64,000 nucleotides of DNA from Eledone cirrhosa (Eukaryota): the NCBI GenBank assembly GCA_964016885.1, contig OZ024743.1, forward strand, positions 318,556,001 to 318,620,000. The letters are read 5' to 3'. Shown here piece after piece: positions 35,401 through 48,069 of the stretch (within the stretch, counting starts at the first letter, position 1; every line of letters starts with the position of its first letter). The position numbers and the translations under genes are program-made. Below the pieces are notes generated by a model. It was not told where the DNA came from. It did no database searches and worked only from the letters and a program-made list of their open reading frames with translations.

Positions 35401-36250
35401 TGTTGTTATTGTTGTTTGTGTCTGTGTGTCTGTTGTTGTTGGGATGTGTGTTGTATATGTGTGTGCGTATATTGTTGCTTTTGTTTTTGTTTTTGATGCT
35501 CCAGCGTAGTTTCGTAAATGATTTTTCTATTTCTGACAGACAACTAATCATATTTACCTTCTTGAATGTCGCAAATTTGGGTGGCAGACGTAACACAGAC
35601 ATTTCATTATTATCTATTTCCGTGTTTCCATAAATGTTGGTATTTTCATTGTTGAACTCTTCAGATAATGAGGTGTCGGCCATGTTGATACCGTCAATTT
35701 TGTCGGGATATCTATTGGTATACTCTATAGTATCCCGATTTAGCTTTGCCTGTTTAAGCCACTTTAATTTTTTGTTAAAGTGCTTATTACATTCTTGAGT
35801 AATGTACTGTTCTTCGGGGCGTATAAGGCTTATAAATGTTAGTTTTTCTGCTGGTGTGGTGATTTTAGATATTTCATCTATTAGGTTACGCTTTAGTTTT
35901 TCTTGATGACTTAATTCTCTATAGATCTTCTTTTTTATGTTTAGAATTAAAGTTCGTTTTAGCCTATCTGCTTGTTTTTTGGTGAGTTGTAATCTTCTAA
36001 CGTCGGTATTGATGGTGTTGGTGTAGATTCTAGAAGTGGTGCACAGTTTTATGAAGTGTAGTTGTCGAGATGTTATGGTTTTTCGTAGACAACAGAACAT
36101 GGTGGTTTTCAGTATCTTGTTAGCCTGGCTAAGGCTTACGATATTTCGTTTCTGAATTTGTTTAGCAAGATTCTTTATCTGAAATCGTGTGTTGAAACCG
36201 ATATTGTTATACTTTGGGAGGGTCATGTTGCCAATAAGAAACACACGCAC
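32414..36250 (-). pseudogene. Neptune PLE ORF, ~1278 codons, single in-frame TAG at 34376-34378
   Basis: ORFs 34376-36250 and 32414-34366 are in the same frame. The other two copies have TGG at that codon. Confidence 0.92.
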
Positions 36251-36359
36251 CAGTTGCTTTCACTTCAATTTAATTTATTATATATTTATAAATTTACAAA
36301 TTTATAAATTTCTGGTTGGTTGGTTGGTTCCACAACCAGATAGTTGTTTATATATATAT

Positions 36360-36404
36360 AGTCATAGTTCTTTCGTCACACACTCTGTGACCTCTTCAGT
36401 GACT
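36360..36404 (-). ncRNA. Minimal hammerhead in Neptune pseudo-LTR (H8), copy 2
   Basis: Identical to copy 1, 4288 bp away. Confidence 0.85.
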
Positions 36405-36701
36405 GGGGATTTCTTTCTTCGTTTCTGTGCCTTTCCTTTCTTCTATCCTACGCCATTTTGTTTGTGTGTGGGTTGCGTGCTCAGTTTGCGCATGCGCCAC
36501 ATCCGGGTGTCTGTGTGTGTTTGTGTTCATTTTTCTATTTTTCTATTTATATTTGTTTGTTTATTTATTTATTTATTGTTGGTTGGTTGTTTGTTCTATG
36601 TGTGTGTGTGTTTTCATTTTGTCTTGTGTGTGTTTTCATTTTGTGTGTGTTTTCAATTGTAAGTTGTTTGTTCTATGTGTGTGTGTGTTTTCATTTTGTC
36701 C

Positions 36702-39314
36702 TTAATTGTAAGTTGTGATGTTGCTGTTCCACTCATATTTTCTATTTAATTTTGGTTTTAATTCTTTTATGCTTACTGCCTCTGTAATTTGCCTAAACAT
36801 TGCGTCTTTCTTGTGTGTGGATTCTATTTTTATTTCTATGCTCTCTAATTTACCCCTGTGTTCTATCTTAGCATGTTGGTAGAGCACAGATGATTCTTTA
36901 CTATCTTGGAGGTCTCGCCAGTGTTCATTTATTCGTTCCCCTATACTACGAGCTGTCTCACCTATGTACACTATATTTTTGTTTCTACATTGTCCTTCAG
37001 TACATCTTATGCTATATACTACATTTCTAGTTTTACAGTTAATATGGGGGCTTATTTTACAGGTTATACATTTCTTATCTATACATGAGGGTCTTTGGAA
37101 CGGGTATGTCTTGCTAATAAGTGTTTTTACGGAGGTACCAGGTCTTTCTACTATCTTAATATTGAGATTATGTTTCTTTAGGGCCCTTCTAAATTTGTAG
37201 GCTAGTTCGCCTCTAGGGGTTGTATTGATGAACATTACACTCTGGTATTTATTGCTATCATACCATGAGTTTATTCTATTGGCCTTGTTCTTAGTTCTTT
37301 CTATTCTATTCCAAAATTTGCTCCTATACAAGGGGCAGGTCCCATTTATGTCATTATTTACCATTTTTTCCCATTTGGTTCTGGCTCCTTTATACACTCT
37401 GATTCTATCTCTCTGATTGTAGCCAGAGAACTGCATACGGTGGATGAAGTGTTGTATGTGTCTCTCTAGTTCTTCGGGGTTGCACATGCGGGACACATTT
37501 CTCATCACCCGTACCAAATCCGCAATCAGTATGTTGATTTTGGTATGGTCCGAAATGGCCGAGTTTCGGTGGATCAGATGTTTGGAAGTCATGGGTTTGG
37601 CATAATGGGAATGGAGGATTTGTTTTTGGTTGTTAATAGTATCTAACCAGAGCTCTGTGTCTAGTACAGGTAATCGATGGTTGGGGTGTCTACTTGGGTA
37701 GTCTATAGTAACTCTAATGCTCTGGTGGATGGAGTTTGCTATTTGCTGGATGCTTTCCATTGTGTTTTTCTCTGGTTCCTGACTGTTCTTTAGTGGGGGT
37801 GTCTTAACTACGATGTTTATATCATCTACGTAGCGGGAGTACATTATCAGGGTTAAGCTGTCTTCTAATTGTTCATTAAGTTTTTGTTTAAGTCTACTGT
37901 CCCACCATACCATGAATAAGTTAGCTATGTCGCCTGCAATGCTAACACCAATGGCTGCTCCTTCCTCTTGGGCATATGTTTTACCATTAAATTTGAACAT
38001 ATGTTCCTTAAGGGTTAATTTTATGCTGGCCCCTACCGCATGTGCAATCATTTTCTTCAGTTCATCGTGGTTTTCGGGTGTCCGTATGGCTCTGGTCCAC
38101 CCGTTCCATCTATCTGTGTGGGTTTTCTTGGCCATTGAGGTAATGGTAGGTGGTCTGCCTCTTGCTGGTCTTGTAGGGCACAGGTTGCTAAGGTCATAAG
38201 TGTCTAGGTAACTATTACTATGGGTAAGCTTAAGTAGAAGTCCCAGCTCACTGGTATCAATCCCACGGAACTCAACCTTGCTCTCGCTGATCATTTCGAC
38301 GCATTTCTCCACAGCAAAATCCACGTCAATAGATGGATACAGGGACACAACATCCATACTGCCTATTATGCAGTTTGTTAGGTCCCCAGATCGGTTACCC
38401 GCGCCGATTCTGCTGAGGAGGTCCTCCGTGCTGTCACACACATCTGGGGACATCTCAATGATGGGGCGTATGATCAGGGAGAGGAAGTAGGACAGTCTGT
38501 AGTTACTAGCAATGTTAGCCCCACAGACTGGCCGTGTTGGTGGTCCCGCGACAGGGTCCCAGCCCGTTTTATGGTCTTTTCGAAGCCCATACAACGCCGG
38601 CACGTCATTGTTCCAGGCATGGAAGTTGTTGGCAGTCCTTTTGTTGGGCTGCATTATATTTGTCCACATCACCATATGGGCATTGAGGGTTTTTTCTCTA
38701 TCCTCATGCTCCTGTGGTGTTACCTCTCTTGTGTTAGTGATGTGGGGTTGCATTGCCTGGATGTAGTTTGGCAGGCTGTCAACCGACATTCTGCCAGACT
38801 TGTCTGTTGGAAAGCATGCTATCTCTCCATTACGCGAGCGCTGCATGAGCTTACGAAAGCCATTTGCAGATTCTTCTCCCAGTTGCTGGGCCTCTATTCT
38901 ATTATGCTTCTTGCTATACTGTTCTATAATATTTCTAAGTTCGGATTTAGCTATACTAAATTGTGCTTCTGTTTGTTCATCGACCTGCGACGGCAACTGC
39001 GTGCGTTTGTTAAATGGCAAAGTCGTGGCGTGGACTCGTCGTAGGTCGAATGATTTATCGGAGGGGTTATAAAACGGAGAGTTCCAGGCTGCTGCTTTAT
39101 GTGTACTAGTGCTATTGTTATTGTTAGTTGTGTTGTTTCTATTTCCACCAACAGCAGCAGCCTCAGCTTCATGGTTGTTTCTATGTCTCTCATAATTACT
39201 CCTGTCTCTTTCCACTGGCTCAATGTTGTTATCTACCCTATTTTGTGTGTCTGTGTGTTCGTCTTGGTTATTCTCTTTGTCCTTAGTCTCCCATCTCCTT
39301 TTCCTTTTAATCAC
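36702..39314 (-). CDS. Neptune PLE RT + GIY-YIG, uninterrupted 870 aa but 5'-truncated
   Basis: Open frame with all RT and EN motifs, cut at the inversion junction. Confidence 0.85.
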   Translation of the reverse strand: MIKRKRRWETKDKENNQDEHTDTQNRVDNNIEPVERDRSNYERHRNNHEAEAAAVGGNRNNTTNNNNSTSTHKAAAWNSPFYNPSDKSFDLRRVHATTLPFNKRTQLPSQVDEQTEAQFSIAKSELRNIIEQYSKKHNRIEAQQLGEESANGFRKLMQRSRNGEIACFPTDKSGRMSVDSLPNYIQAMQPHITNTREVTPQEHEDREKTLNAHMVMWTNIMQPNKRTANNFHAWNNDVPALYGLRKDHKTGWDPVAGPPTRPVCGANIASNYRLSYFLSLIIRPIIEMSPDVCDSTEDLLSRIGAGNRSGDLTNCIIGSMDVVSLYPSIDVDFAVEKCVEMISESKVEFRGIDTSELGLLLKLTHSNSYLDTYDLSNLCPTRPARGRPPTITSMAKKTHTDRWNGWTRAIRTPENHDELKKMIAHAVGASIKLTLKEHMFKFNGKTYAQEEGAAIGVSIAGDIANLFMVWWDSRLKQKLNEQLEDSLTLIMYSRYVDDINIVVKTPPLKNSQEPEKNTMESIQQIANSIHQSIRVTIDYPSRHPNHRLPVLDTELWLDTINNQKQILHSHYAKPMTSKHLIHRNSAISDHTKINILIADLVRVMRNVSRMCNPEELERHIQHFIHRMQFSGYNQRDRIRVYKGARTKWEKMVNNDINGTCPLYRSKFWNRIERTKNKANRINSWYDSNKYQSVMFINTTPRGELAYKFRRALKKHNLNIKIVERPGTSVKTLISKTYPFQRPSCIDKKCITCKISPHINCKTRNVVYSIRCTEGQCRNKNIVYIGETARSIGERINEHWRDLQDSKESSVLYQHAKIEHRGKLESIEIKIESTHKKDAMFRQITEAVSIKELKPKLNRKYEWNSNITTYN

Positions 39315-42300
39315 ACGATTTCAGATAAAGAATCTTGCTAAACAAATTCAGAAACGAAATATCGTAAGCCTTAGCCAGGCTAACAAGATACTGAAAACCA
39401 CCATGTTCTGTTGTCTACGAAAAACCATAACATCTCGACAACTACTCTTCATAAAACTGTGCACCACTTCTAGAATCTACACCAACACCATCAATACCGA
39501 CGTTAGAAGATTACAACTCACCAAAAAACAAGCAGATAGGCTAAAACGAACTTTAATTCTAAACATAAAAAAGAAGATCTATAGAGAATTAAGTCATCAA
39601 GAAAAACTAAAGCGTAACCTAATAGATGAAATATCTAAAATCACCACACCAGCAGAAAAACTAACATTTATAAGCCTTATACGCCCCGAAGAACAGTACA
39701 TTACTCAAGAATGTAATAAGCACTTTAACAAAAAATTAAAGTGGCTTAAACAGGCAAAGCTAAATCGGGATACTATAGAGTATACCAATAGATATCCCGA
39801 CAAAATTGACGGTATCAACATGGCCGACACCTCATTATCTGAAGAGTTCAACAATGAAAATACCAACATTTATGGAAACACGGAAATAGATAATAATGAA
39901 ATGTCTGTGTTACGTCTGCCACCCAAATTTGCGACATTCAAGAAAGTAAATATGATTAGTTGTCTGTCAGAAATAGAAAAATCATTTACGAAACTACGCT
40001 GGAGCATCAAAAACAAAAACAAAAGCAACAATATACGCACACACATATACAACACACATCCCAACAACAACAGACACACAGACACAAACAACAATAACAA
40101 CAACAATAGCAACATACCCAGATACAACAACAACAATAGCAACATACCCAGATACAACAGACACGCAGACACAAACAACAATAACAACACACACGGAGAC
40201 AACAATAACAACAACACACACATCAACAACAACAACAATAGCAACATACCCAGATACAACAACAACAGACACGCAAACACAAACAACAATAACAACACAC
40301 ACAACAACGATAACACACACACGGAGACAACAACAACACACATCAACAACAACACACATCAACAACAACAACACACACGCATTCAATGCCTCTCACCACC
40401 ACCACAATCTTAACAAACACACAGACACAGAAAACAAGTAATGACAGTAGCACAGAAATCAGAGAAAGTAATAGGATTAAAAGGAAAAGGAGATGGGAGA
40501 CTAAGGACAAAGAGAATAACCAAGACGAACACACAGACACACAAAATAGGGTAGATAACAACATTGAGCCAGTGGAAAGAGACAGGAGTAATTATGAGAG
40601 ACATAGAAACAACCATGAAGCTGAGGCTGCTGCTGTTGGTGGAAATAGAAACAACACAACTAACAATAACAATAGCACTAGTACACATAAAGCAGCAGCC
40701 TGGAACTCTCCGTTTTATAACCCCTCCGATAAATCATTCGACCTACGACGAGTCCACGCCACGACTTTGCCATTTAACAAACGCACGCAGTTGCCGTCGC
40801 AGGTCGATGAACAAACAGAAGCACAATTTAGTATAGCTAAATCCGAACTTAGAAATATTATAGAACAGTATAGCAAGAAGCATAATAGAATAGAGGCCCA
40901 GCAACTGGGAGAAGAATCTGCAAATGGCTTGCGTAAGCTCATGCAGCGCTCGCGTAATGGAGAGATAGCATGCTTTCCAACAGACAAGTCTGGCAGAATG
41001 TCGGTTGACAGCCTGCCAAACTACATCCAGGCAATGCAACCCCACATCACTAACACAAGAGAGGTAACACCACAGGAGCATGAGGATAGAGAAAAAACCC
41101 TCAATGCCCATATGGTGATGTGGACAAATATAATGCAGCCCAACAAAAGGACTGCCAACAACTTCCATGCCTGGAACAATGACGTGCCGGCGTTGTATGG
41201 GCTTCGAAAAGACCATAAAACAGGGCTGGGACCCTGTCGCGGGACCACCAACACGGCCAGTCTGTGGGGCTAACATTGCTAGTAACTACAGACTGTCCTA
41301 CTTCCTCTCCCTGATCATACACCCCATCATTGAGATGTCCCCAGATGTGTGTGACAGCACGGAGGACCTCCTCAGCAGAATCGGCGCGGGTAACCGATCT
41401 GGGGACCTAACAAACTGCATAATAGGCAGTATGGATGTTGTGTCCCTGTATCCATCTATTGACGTGGATTTTGCTGTGGAGAAATGCGTCGAAATGATCA
41501 GCGAGAGCAAGGTTGAGTTCCGTGGGATTGATACCAGTGAGCTGGGACTTCTACTTAAGCTTACCCATAGTAATAGTTACCTAGACACTTATGACCTTAG
41601 CAACCTGTGCCCTACAAGACCAGCAAGAGGCAGACCACCTACCATTACCTCAATGGCCAAGAAAACCCACACAGATAGATGGAACGGGTGGACCAGAGCC
41701 ATACGGACACCCGAAAACCACGATGAACTGAAGAAAATGATTGCACATGCGGTAGGGGCCAGCATAAAATTAACCCTTAAGGAACATATGTTCAAATTTA
41801 ATGGTAAAACATATGCCCAAGAGGAAGGAGCAGCCATTGGTGTTAGCATTGCAGGCGACATAGCTAACTTATTCATGGTATGGTGGGACAGTAGACTTAA
41901 ACAAAAACTTAATGAACAATTAGAAGACAGCTTAACCCTGATAATGTACTCCCGCTACGTAGATGATATAAACATCGTAGTTAAGACACCCCCACTAAAG
42001 AACAGTCAGGAACCAGAGAAAAACACAATGGAAAGCATCCAGCAAATAGCAAACTCCATCCACCAGAGCATTAGAGTTACTATAGACTACCCAAGTAGAC
42101 ACCCCAACCATCGATTACCTGTACTAGACACAGAGCTCTGGTTAGATACTATTAACAACCAAAAACAAATCCTCCATTCCCATTATGCCAAACCCATGAC
42201 TTCCAAACATCTGATCCACCGAAACTCGGCCATTTCGGACCATACCAAAATCAACATACTGATTGCGGATTTGGTACGGGTGATGAGAAATGTGTCCCGC

Positions 42301-43086
42301 ATGTGCAACCCCGAAGAACTAGAGAGACACATACAACACTTCATCCACCGTATGCAGTTCTCTGGCTACAATCAGAGAGATAGAATCAGAGTGTATAAAG
42401 GAGCCAGAACCAAATGGGAAAAAATGGTAAATAATGACATAAATGGGACCTGCCCCTTGTATAGGAGCAAATTTTGGAATAGAATAGAAAGAACTAAGAA
42501 CAAGGCCAATAGAATAAACTCATGGTATGATAGCAATAAATACCAGAGTGTAATGTTCATCAATACAACCCCTAGAGGCGAACTAGCCTACAAATTTAGA
42601 AGGGCCCTAAAGAAACATAATCTCAATATTAAGATAGTAGAAAGACCTGGTACCTCCGTAAAAACACTTATTAGCAAGACATACCCGTTCCAAAGACCCT
42701 CATGTATAGATAAGAAATGTATAACCTGTAAAATAAGCCCCCATATTAACTGTAAAACTAGAAATGTAGTATATAGCATAAGATGTACTGAAGGACAATG
42801 TAGAAACAAAAATATAGTGTACATAGGTGAGACAGCTCGTAGTATAGGGGAACGAATAAATGAACACTGGCGAGACCTCCAAGATAGTAAAGAATCATCT
42901 GTGCTCTACCAACATGCTAAGATAGAACACAGGGGTAAATTAGAGAGCATAGAAATAAAAATAGAATCCACACACAAGAAAGACGCAATGTTTAGGCAAA
43001 TTACAGAGGCAGTAAGCATAAAAGAATTAAAACCAAAATTAAATAGAAAATATGAGTGGAACAGCAACATCACAACTTACAATTAA
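39312..43086 (+). pseudogene. Neptune PLE ORF, inverted copy with two frameshifts (~40322, ~41222)
   Basis: Split into ORFs ending at 40413, 41273 and 43086. Confidence 0.9.
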
Positions 43087-43306
43087 GGACAAAATGAAAA
43101 CACACACACACACAGAACAAACAACCAACCAACAATAAATAAATAAATAAACAAACAAATATAAATAGAAAAATAGAAAAATGAACACAAACACACACAG
43201 ACACCCGGATGTGGCGCATGCGCAAACTGAGCACGCAACCCACACACAAACAAAATGGCGTAGGATAGAAGAAAGGAAAGGCACAGAAACGAAGAAAGAA
43301 ATCCCC

Positions 43307-43351
43307 AGTCACTGAAGAGGTCACAGAGTGTGTGACGAAAGAACTATGACT
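43307..43351 (+). ncRNA. Minimal hammerhead in Neptune pseudo-LTR (H8), copy 3
   Basis: agtca-CTGAAGA-g gtcaca gagtg tgtgac-GAAA-gaac-TA-tgact. Confidence 0.87.
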
Positions 43352-43564
43352 ATATATATATAAACAACTATCTGGTTGTGGAACCAACCAACCAACCAGA
43401 AATTTATAAATTTATAAATTTATAAATATATAATAAATTAAATTGAAGTGAAAGCAACTGGTGCGTGTGTTTCTTATTGGCAACATGACCCTCCCAAAGT
43501 ATAACAATATCGGTTTCAACACACGATTTCAGATAAAGAATCTTGCTAAACAAATTCAGAAACG

Positions 43565-43602
<38 letters not shown>

Positions 43603-43606
<4 letters not shown>

Positions 43607-45548
43607 GGAGGTTTGCCAATGTTCTGCGACGGGAAGATCAGAGGCGTGCGGTGCTCCACATTGCAAGGCAGTGTGTCAATGCAAATCAGGATGTTGTTGG
43701 AGATAAATGTGTCCGGTGTACTTAGTGTCACGAATGTTCAGAAAAAGGAGGAGTGGAAATGTCATTATTAGAGACTGATGAATGTGGAGAACGAATGGGA
43801 GAGACAGAAATAACCCTCAGTAGATCCGATAGAGGGACCAGCTATTGAGATTGACGAATATAGGGTCCAAGAGGTGATTAAGGAAATGAAAAATGGTAAG
43901 GCTGCTGGACCATTGGAAATAGTTGCTGAGATGCTGAAGGCATCAGGGGACGTAGGCACTAAACTGGTTCCACGCATCATCAATCAGGCTATATATGGTG
44001 GTGTCATACCCAAAGGCTGGTGCAGCAGTATTCTCATAAATTGCTACAAAGGTAAAGGGGATGCTCTGGAGAGGATCAATTATAGGGATATAAAACTGAT
44101 GGATCAGGTTATGAAAGTGGCAGAAAGGATATTAGCACAACTAATTAGAGTAAGGGTCAAACTAGATGAGATGCAGTTTGGTTTTGTGTCTGGGAAGAGT
44201 ACAACAGATGCCCTCTTCTTGGTGAGACAATTGCAAGAGAGGTTCTTAGAGAAAAATAAGCCACTATAATTAGCCTTTGTTGACCAGAGAAGGCCTTTGA
44301 TAGGGTACCCCGATCTGTCATCTGGTGGTCCCTAAGGAAACTAGGTATTGAGGAATGACTTGTGAGGACAGTGCAAACTTTGTACAGAGGTACTCTCAGT
44401 AAAGTCAAGGTAGGAATGGAGTTTAGTGAGGAATTCCAGATACAAGTAGGAGTACATCAAAGTTCGGTCCTCAGCCCGCTCTTGTTCATTATAGTCCTCC
44501 AAGCCATAACAGAGGAGTTTAAGACTGGTTGCCCTGTGGGAACTTCTCTATGCTGATGATCTGGTTCTTATAGCAGAATCAGTAGAGGAGCTACAGAATA
44601 AATTCTGGCTATGGAAACAGCAGTTGGAATCAAGAGGACTGAGAGTGAATATAAATAAGACAAAAGTGTTGATAAGTAGAAAAGAGGACAAAACTCTGTT
44701 TCCATCAGGGAAATGACCATGTTTAATATGTAGAAAAGTAACTGGCATAAATTCTATAAAATGCACACAATGCAGATTTTGGGTACACAAGAGATGTAGC
44801 GGGATAGCAGGCAAACTAACAGGTAGGGAGAAATATGTATGCAGTAGATGTACAGGGAAATTAGACAGTAGAAGTCGCATTGATAGACACATTTTTCAAA
44901 TGCAGGCGGGTGCTATAGAAGTGGTGGATAGCTTCCGGTACCTAGGAGATCAGATTAGCATGGGAGGGGGGTGTTCTGAGGTCATAGTATCTAGAATAAG
45001 GATGGGTTGGAAGAAGTTTAGGGTGCTGCTTCCTCTGCTGACGAAGAAGGGTTTCTCCCTGCGTACGAAAGGCCGGTTATATGATGCCTGTGTGAGGAGC
45101 ACGATGGTAGTGAGACATGGGCAGCAACTGCAGAGGATATGCAATGGCTGGAGAGAAATGAGGCAAGCATGCTCCGTTGGATGTGCAATGTCAATGTGCG
45201 TGAACGACCCAGCATGAATGTGTTGAGAGAGAAACTGTGTCTGAGAGGGATAGAATGTAGTGTGCGAGAGAGGAGACTGCGGTGGTATGGACATGTGATG
45301 CACATGGAGGATGACCGATGGGTGAAGAAGTGCCAGAAATGCCAGTTGAGGGAAGACGTAGTAGAGGTAGACCACGAAAAACATGGGCGGAGGTGGTGAG
45401 AATAGACCTCAGATCGCTGAAGATCACGGTGGAGATGACGAAGGACCGTGACAAGTGGAGAGATGCTGTGCTGAATAAGACGCGTCCCACCCTTGCAAGC
45501 AAGGAAGAGCATACGTAAAATGATGATGATGATGAAAATGATGATGAT
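43603..45548 (+). mobile_element. RTE LINE family B, copy 2
   Basis: RT fragments 43874-45518, (GAT)n tail 45521-45548, 5' end in (TA)n. Confidence 0.93.
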
Positions 45549-45557
45549 ATATATATA

Positions 45558-46402
45558 TTGGAAAGTACAATAACTAGGATAAGAGTAAGAACGGGATGGA
45601 AGAAGTTCAGGGAGCTACTGCCACTGCTAGTTGCAAAAGACTTTTTCCTCAAAATGAAATGCAGACTGTATGATGCGTGTATCCGAACAGCAATGTTACA
45701 TGGTAGTGAGACCTGGGCGCTGTCTGTAGAAGACTTACGTAGATTAGAAAGAAAGGAAGCCTACATGCTCCGACGGATGTGTAATAGTAATATACGTGAA
45801 CAACAAAGCATAAATGAATTAAGAGAGAGACTGAGCATAAGAGGAATCAAATGCTGTGTGCAGGAGAGGCGGTTGCGCTGGTATGGACATGTGATGCGTA
45901 TGAAGGATGACAGCTGCATAAAAAGGTGCAGAGCACTAGAAGTCGATGGAAACTGCGGAGTGGGGAGACCCAAGAAGACCTGGGATGAGGTGATAAAAGT
46001 CGACCTTACCCAATTACACCTCTCAAAGGCGATGACACACGACCGTGACCTCTGGCGTCACGCAGTAATACAGAAAACCCGACCCCCCATGGGTACAAGC
46101 CGAAGCTGAAGCATATAGACAATATGCTCCCACTGTAAAGTGGTCGTGGAAGTGCCACGGCAAAAAAGCACCCAGCCCACACTCTAAATTGGACGTGTAG
46201 GCACCACGGAAAAAGCACCCAGCACTCACTGTAAATGAGGTTGGTGTTAGGATGGTCATCCAGCTGTAGAAATCAAGCCAAATCAGTTCCTGTATGAGCA
46301 AGGCATGGTCAACCGACTGGACACTGCCCACAACAGGACAACCCGTCTAACCCATGCTAGCGTGGAAGAACGGACATAAAACGGTGATGATGATGATGAT
46401 GA
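45558..46402 (+). mobile_element. RTE LINE family C, copy 2 (3' fragment)
   Basis: ORF 45558-46109, 3' UTR matching 12606-12990, (GAT)n tail. Confidence 0.92.
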
Positions 46403-46409
46403 TATATAT

Positions 46410-46780
46410 AGAGGTAGAACACTGGAAGGTAATATCTGTAGTGGTAGAGCACTCAGTCCATGGGACGAGTTTGGTAGAAGTAGTAACACAACAGTTAGTT
46501 CACCATACTGAGAACAATTGTTTCACCTTAGCGGATCTTCAGCTCAGACTGATCATGGTTATACGGCACAGGAGGAATAACTGTATGAACGCGCATGCGC
46601 AGAAATGGTACCTTACACCTCTCGCCCGTGGCTTTGTAGCGCTTGGGTGAAGTGACCGTTTTTGCGCATGCGCGTTCATACGGTTGTTCTTCCTGTTCCA
46701 TATAACCATGACCTGTCTGAGCTGAAGATTCGCTAGGGTGAAACAATTGTTCTCAATATGGTGAACTAACTGTTGTGTTA

Positions 46781-46785
<5 letters not shown>
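46410..46785. mobile_element. Palindromic non-coding HHR mini-element (family H9)
   Basis: ~46481-46610 is an inverted copy of ~46654-46783. HHRs at 46508-46547 (-) and 46718-46755 (+). TA runs on both sides. Confidence 0.85.
46718..46755 (+). ncRNA. Minimal type I hammerhead (H9)
   Basis: tgag-CTGAAGA-ttcgctagggt-GAAA-caattg-TT-ctca. The other arm has stem II t cc gctaa gg t and a 5-bp stem I. Confidence 0.8.
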
Positions 46786-46857
<72 letters not shown>

Positions 46858-46859
46858 CA

Positions 46860-46891
<32 letters not shown>

Positions 46892-47095
46892 CGCTTTTTA
46901 CAAAATGGTTTTTTTTTCCATTTCAGGTAGACGCGCTCCATCATCCACTTTTCTAAAAAATAAATCATACACAAAACGCCAGCACCAACAGTTTTCCAAG
47001 AGATGTCAACATGAATGGACCTGTTATTTTTATCTGAAGACATTTTTTCCAATTCCAACCCGCCCGTCCCCTCAATCTATCTTATTTCTCATTCT

Positions 47096-47133
47096 TTCTT
47101 CTGATGAAGGAGTAGCGTCCGAAATGTTAAGAA
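47096..47133 (+). ncRNA. Minimal hammerhead-like motif (H10) in a ~330-bp insert (46891-47218) between (TA)n and (CA)n
   Basis: ttctt-CTGATGA-a gga gtagcg tcc-GAAA-tg-TT-aagaa. Loop 3 looks like CpG-decayed aacgtt. Confidence 0.7.
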
Positions 47134-47213
47134 TCTCTTCCTGCTATATCAAGCGTTAACCTAATATATCCCTTCCATATACTGTACCGATTGTGTTGTT
47201 ATTTCTGTTTACC

Positions 47214-47218
<5 letters not shown>

Positions 47219-47282
<64 letters not shown>

Positions 47283-47367
47283 CAATATATATATATACAA
47301 TATATATATATACAATATATAAATATATATATATATATGCAATATATATATATATACATATATATAT

Positions 47368-47434
<67 letters not shown>

Positions 47435-47520
47435 TATATATATATATATATATATGTTAAATATATATATATATATATATGTATATATTAAATATATATA
47501 TATATATATATATATATACA
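47219..47520. repeat. (CA)n followed by (TA)n microsatellite
   Basis: Direct reading. Confidence 0.95.
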
Positions 47521-48069
47521 AATTTTAGTACAGCATTAACAAAGCTTTAGTTTGCGGTCAAGCTAAGGAATGCAAATTCGCTATGTAGTTTTAGCACTCG
47601 ATAGGGAATAGTACCCCAGAGTAATAACAATACGTTTAGACAGCTTTGCAAATCAAATATAGCGATCGGCAGTCCAGCCACACTGCCATAGCAACGAAAA
47701 TGGTTGGACTCAGGAAAAGATTTTAGACTGACCTGGACATAGTGTGGAGACCGAATGCAGCATACAATGCATATCGTATAGCATACGATATACATCACAT
47801 ACAACACACAACATCCACGCTAGGTTTCTGCAAATCCAAGATCGACAAATTCCGCTTGCAGGCATCTGCAAGTTAATGGACTTTGACGACAGAACAAAGG
47901 ATTTCCTTCTTCAACAAGTCCTGTGTTCTTTAGCCTCTGCGGGTGTGTTCTAGCAGTAAATTTTGCTATAGACACATGGTTTTCTCCAAGGGCGGTAACC
48001 CCCGTTTTGGCGGTGAATTCAAAATTTGAGACAAAGGAATGAAATACATTATATATATATATATATATA

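Larger units (their letters stand above)
31914..43568. mobile_element. Young Neptune-type Penelope-like insertion: minus-strand tandem (4288-bp unit + 5'-truncated unit) joined head-to-head at ~39311 to a plus-strand unit
   Basis: 31914-35023 repeats at 36202-39311. 39312-43510 is an inverted copy of the unit. RT motifs TDKSG, SMDVVSLYP, GAAIG, RYVDD. Linker C-x4-C-x2-C then NVVY..YIGET..R..EH. Both ends in (TA)n. Confidence 0.96.

Noticed and set aside
34935-35633. Poly-Val/Leu/Cys ORFs (also 39870-40564)
   Set aside because: They are antisense frames of the (AAC)n-rich insert.
39223-40413. 396-aa ORF with a hydrophobic N-terminus resembling a signal peptide
   Set aside because: The first ~30 codons are antisense PLE sequence read across the inversion junction at ~39311. 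This is a chance fusion.
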